A stretch of DNA of 64,000 nucleotides from Nanobdellota archaeon (GTDB taxonomy: Archaea; Nanobdellota; Nanobdellia; Woesearchaeales; GW2011-AR4), in the NCBI GenBank assembly GCA_038046385.1, contig JBBSWH010000009.1:1-64000 (forward strand), given 5' to 3'. Shown piece by piece: positions 58,254 through 64,000 of the stretch. The translations under genes were made by a program, and so were the position numbers. The notes under the pieces were generated by a model that was given only the letters and a program-made list of their open reading frames with translations, was not told the origin of the DNA and did not search any database. Each line of letters starts with the position of its first letter. The first letter of the stretch is position 1.

Positions 58254-58774
58254 TATAATATTTTCTTCAGCTTATTATGCTGTTTCAGCACATTTGCTTT
58301 ATTTCTTTTTCTGATGAATCTTATCGGAATCCCTGCATATACTGACCAAGGCTTAAACTTAAAATTCGACGGCACAAAACTCAATGCCCCTATAACGGTG
58401 CCGTCCGGTATGGTGTTTTTCGGCATAATAACTGAATTTGACCCAACAGCGCACATATTGCCTATTTTAACATTTCCGGCTATTAAATTTGATTTTATAT
58501 TTTTTGCATTCTTAGGCACAATAATCACCATATCATTAACAAAATCGTCGCTTGTACACCATATTTTTACTCCAGACGACAAGCTGCAGAAATCTCCCAA
58601 GCTGAACTGCATTTCTTTGCCACCGGCAATGCTGCAGCCAGAGGCGATATGGGAACACTTGCCCACTTTAACCTTTGCTGAAAAATAGCAATAATCGTCA
58701 ATTATTGAATAATCTCCAACAAAGAAATTTTCAGGGCACCTTATTCTGATATTTTTTGATATAATCGGTTTCAT
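58253..58774 (-). CDS. Hexapeptide-repeat acyltransferase
   Basis: Left-handed beta-helix repeats; YAGIP. Confidence 0.88.
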   Translation of the reverse strand: MKPIISKNIRIRCPENFFVGDYSIIDDYCYFSAKVKVGKCSHIASGCSIAGGKEMQFSLGDFCSLSSGVKIWCTSDDFVNDMVIIVPKNAKNIKSNLIAGNVKIGNMCAVGSNSVIMPKNTIPDGTVIGALSFVPSNFKFKPWSVYAGIPIRFIRKRNKANVLKQHNKLKKIL

Positions 58775-58778
58775 AAAA

Positions 58779-59963
58779 TCAATTCCTTTTTATGGTGTTC
58801 CACAGGTCGATTACAACTTTGCCTTTAGGAATAAAAGTGGATTTGTATGCCGAGTGAGGGACTCCAATGATTATAATTTCACATTCCTTAATGAGCTTTT
58901 CTTTAGTGATAAAAGTAGCATCTTTCACGAATTCATCAGAATAGTAAACCTTAGCCCCATGAAATCTAAGTATCTTGCCGAGCTTGTAAGACAAAGAGTC
59001 TCTTATGTCGTCTATGTCCGCTTTAAATGCCATTCCAAGTATGCCGACTTTTTTCTTTGAAATGTCATATTTTTTTCTCAAATCGTCAACAATGAAATTT
59101 GGAAGCCCCTCATTTACCATCATTGCAGCGTGCCCAAGAAGAAAATTATTGCTGCTGAAAGCAGAAAGCTGCATTGTGTCTTTGAGAAGGCATGGGCCTG
59201 CTGCAAATCCAGCCCCGGGCAATGAATGCGCCCTTTCATAGCTTTCTCTCATTGCATACCTTACCTTGTCGTAATCAACCCCAAAGTTATTTGAAATAAT
59301 GTAGAACTGGTTGGCAACTGCAAATTGGATATAGCGCCATGCATTTGAGAAAAGCTTTACAAGCTCGGCTTCTCCCATTGAAGCCGGTATTATTTTTGGA
59401 GATATTCTTCCGAATAGTTCAGAAGCTTCTTTTACAGCATTGCCGCTCATGCCTGCAACTACCTGCGGCAGCCCGTTTAATTCCTTGACAGCATATCCCT
59501 GCACGATTCTTTCCGGGCAATATGCTATGTTCCAATCTTTTCCCAGAAGATTCTGGATTTGCCTGCATGTGTTTGGATATACAGTGCTCCTTATGACTAT
59601 AATCTGGTCTTTATTCAGATGTTTGCTTATTTTCTGGAAGAATTCAAGAAACTGTCTGGTTTTTGGATTGAGATATTCATCAACAGGAGTGCCAATCGCA
59701 ACAATAACACATTTTGCCTTTGAGATGGATTTTTCGTCAAGAGAAATGCTTAATTTTTTGTTTTGCAGGACTTTTTTCAATATAGAATCTGCACCATATT
59801 CTATGAAAGGCATAATCCCATTTTTTACAGATTCTGCCTTTTTCGGGTCAATGTCATAGAGGCATACACTTATTCCTTTGTCTGCAAAAACTATTCCAAG
59901 CGGCAGACCTACGTGGCCAAGACCGCCAACAATGACGACATCATATTCATAATTTTTAACCAT
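58779..59963 (-). CDS. Nucleotide-sugar dehydrogenase (UDP-Glc/UDP-ManNAc DH family)
   Basis: GGLGHVG, RST, CPER, GPCLLKD. Confidence 0.9.
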   Translation of the reverse strand: MVKNYEYDVVIVGGLGHVGLPLGIVFADKGISVCLYDIDPKKAESVKNGIMPFIEYGADSILKKVLQNKKLSISLDEKSISKAKCVIVAIGTPVDEYLNPKTRQFLEFFQKISKHLNKDQIIVIRSTVYPNTCRQIQNLLGKDWNIAYCPERIVQGYAVKELNGLPQVVAGMSGNAVKEASELFGRISPKIIPASMGEAELVKLFSNAWRYIQFAVANQFYIISNNFGVDYDKVRYAMRESYERAHSLPGAGFAAGPCLLKDTMQLSAFSSNNFLLGHAAMMVNEGLPNFIVDDLRKKYDISKKKVGILGMAFKADIDDIRDSLSYKLGKILRFHGAKVYYSDEFVKDATFITKEKLIKECEIIIIGVPHSAYKSTFIPKGKVVIDLWNTIKRN

Positions 59964-60087
59964 AAACCAACCAAATTAGCACTATATCAACTCATTTTTG
60001 AATATAAGTATTCCTTTAAAAAACTTATGATTGACGCTTTCAGCTTAAAGCGAAAGTCTTTTAATAAACAAATTTTTTACATTATCA

Positions 60088-61383
60088 ATGGCAAAAACAA
60101 TTACTGTAGTGGGGCTGGGATACGTTGGATTGCCGGTTGCATGCCTTTGCGCAGAAAAAGGGCTTAAGGTCTACGGATTTGAAATAAGCAGCGAAAAAGT
60201 TTCTTCTATAAACAAATGGGAAAGCCCGATAAAAGATGACTACATCTCTGGCAAGCTTCTCCAGCTAAAAAGCCACGGCATAAAAATACACGCTACAACA
60301 AACCCGGCAGAGTGCATTCCATTTTCAGATGCAGTAATAATCTGCGTTCCAACGCCAATTGACAGGCACAACTCTCCAGATTTAACCGCATTGATGGAAT
60401 CAACAGCATCTGTTTCGAAACATATTAAGAAGGGAACTCTTCTTGTGATAGAGTCAACAATATATCCGGGAACAATTGAGGAGATTGTTTTGCCTATACT
60501 GGAAAAGCAAAAATTCGATTCCCATAATGATGATGTTTTTGTAGCTCACTGCCCTGAAAGGATAGACCCAGGCAACAGAAAATGGACAATAGAAATGCTA
60601 CCAAGAGTTGTTGGCGGAGTTACAAAAGAATCCACAAAAAAAGCAGCTGAATTTTACAGAAGCATAATCGAAGCTGATGTGATTGAGCTCAGCAGCGTAA
60701 AGGCAGCTGAAGCAACTAAGATAATGGAAAATACATTCAGGGATATAAACATAGCATTTGTCAACGAGATGGCGCAGAGCTTTGACAAAGCCGGAATCGA
60801 TATAATGGAAGTAATCAAAGGAGCATCAACAAAACCGTTTGCATTCATGCCGCATTATCCTGGTGCCGGAGTTGGCGGGCACTGCATACCTGTAGACCCT
60901 TATTATCTAATCGAAAAAGCCAAGCAAATAGGATTCAACCATAAATTCCTAAGCCTGGCAAGAGAGATAAATAACAGCATGCCGCATTATACGATACAGC
61001 TGCTCGAAAACGAGCTGCATAAGCTGAAAAAATCAATAAAAGGCGCAAAAGTCGGCGTTCTTGGGCTTGCGTACAAATCCAATGTGGACGACATAAGGGA
61101 AAGCCCGTCAGTTGAAGTAATAAATATTTTGAAGACAAAAGGCGCAGAAGTTTTAGTATATGATCCATACATTGCCAAGGAGAGCACAGCCTCAAGCCTG
61201 GATGAACTTTTGAGCCACAGCGACTATATTGTTCTGGTTACAGACCACGAAGAATTCAAAAGCATTGATCCAAAAAAATTAAAGGACAAGAAGATACATA
61301 TAGTAATAGACGGAAGAAACTGCCTTGACAAGGAAAAAATCAAGTCCATGGGAATATCTTATCACGGAATCGGAAGATACTAG
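60088..61383 (+). CDS. UDP-HexNAc 6-dehydrogenase (WbpA/WecC-like)
   Basis: GLGYVG, CPERIDPG, GVGGHCIPVDP, RESP. Confidence 0.92.
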   Translation: MAKTITVVGLGYVGLPVACLCAEKGLKVYGFEISSEKVSSINKWESPIKDDYISGKLLQLKSHGIKIHATTNPAECIPFSDAVIICVPTPIDRHNSPDLTALMESTASVSKHIKKGTLLVIESTIYPGTIEEIVLPILEKQKFDSHNDDVFVAHCPERIDPGNRKWTIEMLPRVVGGVTKESTKKAAEFYRSIIEADVIELSSVKAAEATKIMENTFRDINIAFVNEMAQSFDKAGIDIMEVIKGASTKPFAFMPHYPGAGVGGHCIPVDPYYLIEKAKQIGFNHKFLSLAREINNSMPHYTIQLLENELHKLKKSIKGAKVGVLGLAYKSNVDDIRESPSVEVINILKTKGAEVLVYDPYIAKESTASSLDELLSHSDYIVLVTDHEEFKSIDPKKLKDKKIHIVIDGRNCLDKEKIKSMGISYHGIGRY

Positions 61384-61388
61384 ATAAA

Positions 61389-62243
61389 ATGGCAAAAATA
61401 TGCATAGCCTGCAACAGCAAAAACAGCATAAAATTATTCAAAAAAACATCATTTCTAAAATATCCTCTTTATATCTGCGCATCATGCGGACTTTCTTTTT
61501 ACTATGCAGATGACAAAGACGTAGAAAAAAAATGCGATGAGTACTACAATTCCGCATACTGGGGCAGCGTAAGAAAAGATTGGGATGACCAGAGAAAGCT
61601 GATACTACCGATAATAAAAATAATGAGGATAATGAAGACAAAGCCGCTGCAGCAGATGTGGCATCACAGGCTTATGCAGAAGCACTCGGCATCGAAAGGC
61701 AAGCTTTTGGACATAGGCTGCGGCAAGGGAGAATTCATGATGTTCTTTCATCAAATGGGATATGATGTTGCAGGCATAGAGCCGGACAGAAACAATGCAG
61801 AACTTATCAACAAAAAGTTCAAAAGAGATGTGTGCATAAACAGCATTGCAGAAAAAGCAAAGCTAAAGGGCAAATACGACATTGTTTACCTGTGTCACGT
61901 ATTTGAGCACCTTATAAGGCCGGATAATTTCCTGAAGAACATGAAGAAAAACATATCAAAGAATGGAATGGTATTCATTGAGGTGCCAAACTGCGAAAAT
62001 CCAAGAATACTGGATAATTCAATAAAGCACCACCCGCATGTGTACAACTTCACTGCAAAATCACTGAAGAATCTTTTTGAAAACTGCGGCTATGAAATAC
62101 TCGAGATAGGGCCATATTCAGAAAAAAGAGGCAATTATGCATTGAAATTTTTTTTAATGGCGATGCAGCTTAATAATTATAGAAAAGCAAGCAACAAAGA
62201 CGGAGAAATGCTCATAGTGCTGGCAAAGCCAAAAAGACAATGA
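61389..62243 (+). CDS. Class I SAM methyltransferase with N-terminal Zn ribbon
   Basis: CIAC...CASC, LLDIGCGKG, HVFEH, EVPN. Confidence 0.88.
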   Translation: MAKICIACNSKNSIKLFKKTSFLKYPLYICASCGLSFYYADDKDVEKKCDEYYNSAYWGSVRKDWDDQRKLILPIIKIMRIMKTKPLQQMWHHRLMQKHSASKGKLLDIGCGKGEFMMFFHQMGYDVAGIEPDRNNAELINKKFKRDVCINSIAEKAKLKGKYDIVYLCHVFEHLIRPDNFLKNMKKNISKNGMVFIEVPNCENPRILDNSIKHHPHVYNFTAKSLKNLFENCGYEILEIGPYSEKRGNYALKFFLMAMQLNNYRKASNKDGEMLIVLAKPKRQ

Positions 62244-62244
62244 A

Positions 62245-63429
62245 ATGACAATTTTAAAATATCTAAATTATTCATATTCGCTTATTGCAAAAGGCTCGCC
62301 TTTTTTTCTTGCAAACGAAATATCGAAGGATTTTCTCGGAATCAGAAACAAAACAGAAAAAAATTCTATCCATATAAAATCAGCTGTTGAATGGATTTTG
62401 AATGCGCAAAAAGCAAACAGCGACGGCGGGGTTTCTGAAATGTATTCTCTGTACAGGGGATGGCACGGATCTTATTCAGAGACAACCGGATACATAATCC
62501 CGACAATGTACAACTATTACAATAAAACAAAAAACCCAATAATAAAAGAGTCTGCAATCAGAATGGCAGAATGGGAACTGACAAAACAGCTTGATTGCGG
62601 CGCATTTCCAGGCGGAGCAACTGCGGACGGAAAAGAATTTCCCATTATATTCAACACAGGCCAGGTTCTTTTTGGAATGTCAAGGGCGTTTCAGGAGACT
62701 AAAGAAGAAAAGTACAGAAAATCTGCTGCAATGGCTGCAGACTGGCTTGTAAAAATACAGAACGCAAAAGGGCATTGGCAAAAATCAGAGTATCTTGAGA
62801 CAATACACACTTACAACACAAGAACAGCATGGGCGCTGCTGAAAGCATATGAAATAACCGGCAATAAAAATTATGCAAAATCATCAGCAAAAAACATAGA
62901 CTGGGCGCTGAATCAGCAGAATGAAAACGGATGGTTTGAAAACAATGCATTTCATAAAAATCAGGAGCCTTTGCTGCATACAATAGCATACACAATACAG
63001 GGAATTCTCGAATGCGGAATTTCTCTGCAAAACGACAAATACATTAATTCTGCAAAGCTATCATCAGACAAGATTATTGGCATGATGAAAGAAGACGGCT
63101 CAATTGCAGGAAGCTTTGACAGCAAATGGAAAAGCAGCGTTTCATGGTCATGCCTGACAGGAAACTGCCAGATGTCAATTGTATGGCTCAGGCTTTATTA
63201 TATTACAAAAGACAGGAAATACCTTGAAGCTGCAAAAAAATCCAACAATTTTGTAAAATCAACACAAAACATAAATTCAGGCCATGGCGGAATAAGGGGA
63301 GGTATAAAGGGCGCTTACCCGATTTACGGCTGGTATGCGCCGTTCTGCTACATAAACTGGGGCGCGAAATTTTTTGTTGATGCTTTAATGCTGGAAGAAT
63401 ACAAAAAAATCGGAAACTTTTTGTCATAG
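62245..63429 (+). CDS. Alpha/alpha-toroid protein (prenyltransferase/squalene cyclase-type QxxxGxW repeats)
   Basis: Repeated WL...Q...G.W/F units; SYSETTGY, HTIAY, CLTG. Confidence 0.7.
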   Translation: MTILKYLNYSYSLIAKGSPFFLANEISKDFLGIRNKTEKNSIHIKSAVEWILNAQKANSDGGVSEMYSLYRGWHGSYSETTGYIIPTMYNYYNKTKNPIIKESAIRMAEWELTKQLDCGAFPGGATADGKEFPIIFNTGQVLFGMSRAFQETKEEKYRKSAAMAADWLVKIQNAKGHWQKSEYLETIHTYNTRTAWALLKAYEITGNKNYAKSSAKNIDWALNQQNENGWFENNAFHKNQEPLLHTIAYTIQGILECGISLQNDKYINSAKLSSDKIIGMMKEDGSIAGSFDSKWKSSVSWSCLTGNCQMSIVWLRLYYITKDRKYLEAAKKSNNFVKSTQNINSGHGGIRGGIKGAYPIYGWYAPFCYINWGAKFFVDALMLEEYKKIGNFLS

Positions 63430-64000
63430 CTGCCTGTTAAGGACAATTCTAGAAAATATCTTGTCCATAATCTTTGCAAAAGGCTTAAAGTATTTTATGA
63501 AAGGGTAAATTGCTATATTGAAAATCTTGAAGGCACCGTCATTTCTCAGGAAAAAATAAGGGTCCTTGCCGAGGAGATTAGTTCCTTCCTCAAACAGTTT
63601 GGAAGATTCAACTGCAATAATCTTTCCATTGCCAAGCTGCACTTCTTTCATAGTCTTATTTTTAATTAAGCAATTTTCAAACTTTGCCAATGAAGTGAAG
63701 AAATAGCTGTATTTCTCGTAGTATTTTATACTGCAGTCTTTTGGTTTTTTATTTTCAATCATTTTTCCCTTTATTTTTACAATATTCCTGTAAGGAACCC
63801 CGTGCATCTGCTCGATATAATGCGCAAATGTAAGCGACTGAAAAGGAGCGCCTAGAAACACAACCTTGCCGTTGCTCATGTGCAATTTTGCAAACACAGA
63901 ATCAGGCCCAAACGTATCTTCGCCTTTTTCAGAAAAATAATCTTTTAGGTTTCCCCAAACAGCAACAGAATGTGTTGGATGCAATGTTCTTTTTACTCCT
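63424..64000 (-). CDS. AAC(3)-family acyltransferase, 5'-partial
   Basis: GVKRTLHPTHSVAVWG, FG..S, TFAHYIE; frame open to the window edge. Confidence 0.8.
   Translation of the reverse strand, partial: GVKRTLHPTHSVAVWGNLKDYFSEKGEDTFGPDSVFAKLHMSNGKVVFLGAPFQSLTFAHYIEQMHGVPYRNIVKIKGKMIENKKPKDCSIKYYEKYSYFFTSLAKFENCLIKNKTMKEVQLGNGKIIAVESSKLFEEGTNLLGKDPYFFLRNDGAFKIFNIAIYPFIKYFKPFAKIMDKIFSRIVLNRQL

Noticed and set aside
57804-58688. 294-aa plus-strand ORF
   Set aside because: Antisense to the clear DegT and acyltransferase genes; no recognisable motif
63424-64000. AAC(3) as an antibiotic-resistance gene
   Set aside because: The family is broad, the context is glycan biosynthesis, and no mobile-element features are seen

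Overview
AT-rich archaeal genomic window. It is most likely from a DPANN lineage such as Woesearchaeales; this is inferred from class III pilins, aMBF1, AK6, AglB, a PGF-pre-PGF surface protein, BRE/TATA promoters and GGTGA/GGAGG ribosome-binding sites. The first 22 kb hold housekeeping and surface genes: two processive GT2s, aspartate aminotransferase, SOD, pilins, two large surface proteins and a Tat-signal Amidase_3 peptidoglycan amidase. From about 22 kb to the end is a roughly 42 kb glycosylation island anchored on aglB. It carries a complete ADP-heptose pathway, two GT9 heptosyltransferases, several GT2 plus GT-C pairs, and modified-sugar enzymes. The most unusual locus is 17.5-18.6 kb. 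There a multi-branched fold-back element and an RBS-sequestering hairpin precede a PD-(D/E)XK nuclease with homing-endonuclease-type repeats. The nuclease ORF runs through the promoter and 5' exon of a two-intron tRNA-Trp and stops inside its non-canonical 15/16 intron. A second candidate system is an RHH plus degenerate nucleotidyltransferase fusion, divergent from the heptose operon, with AGTAT operator-like dyads between them. All assignments come from motifs read by eye; no searches were run.
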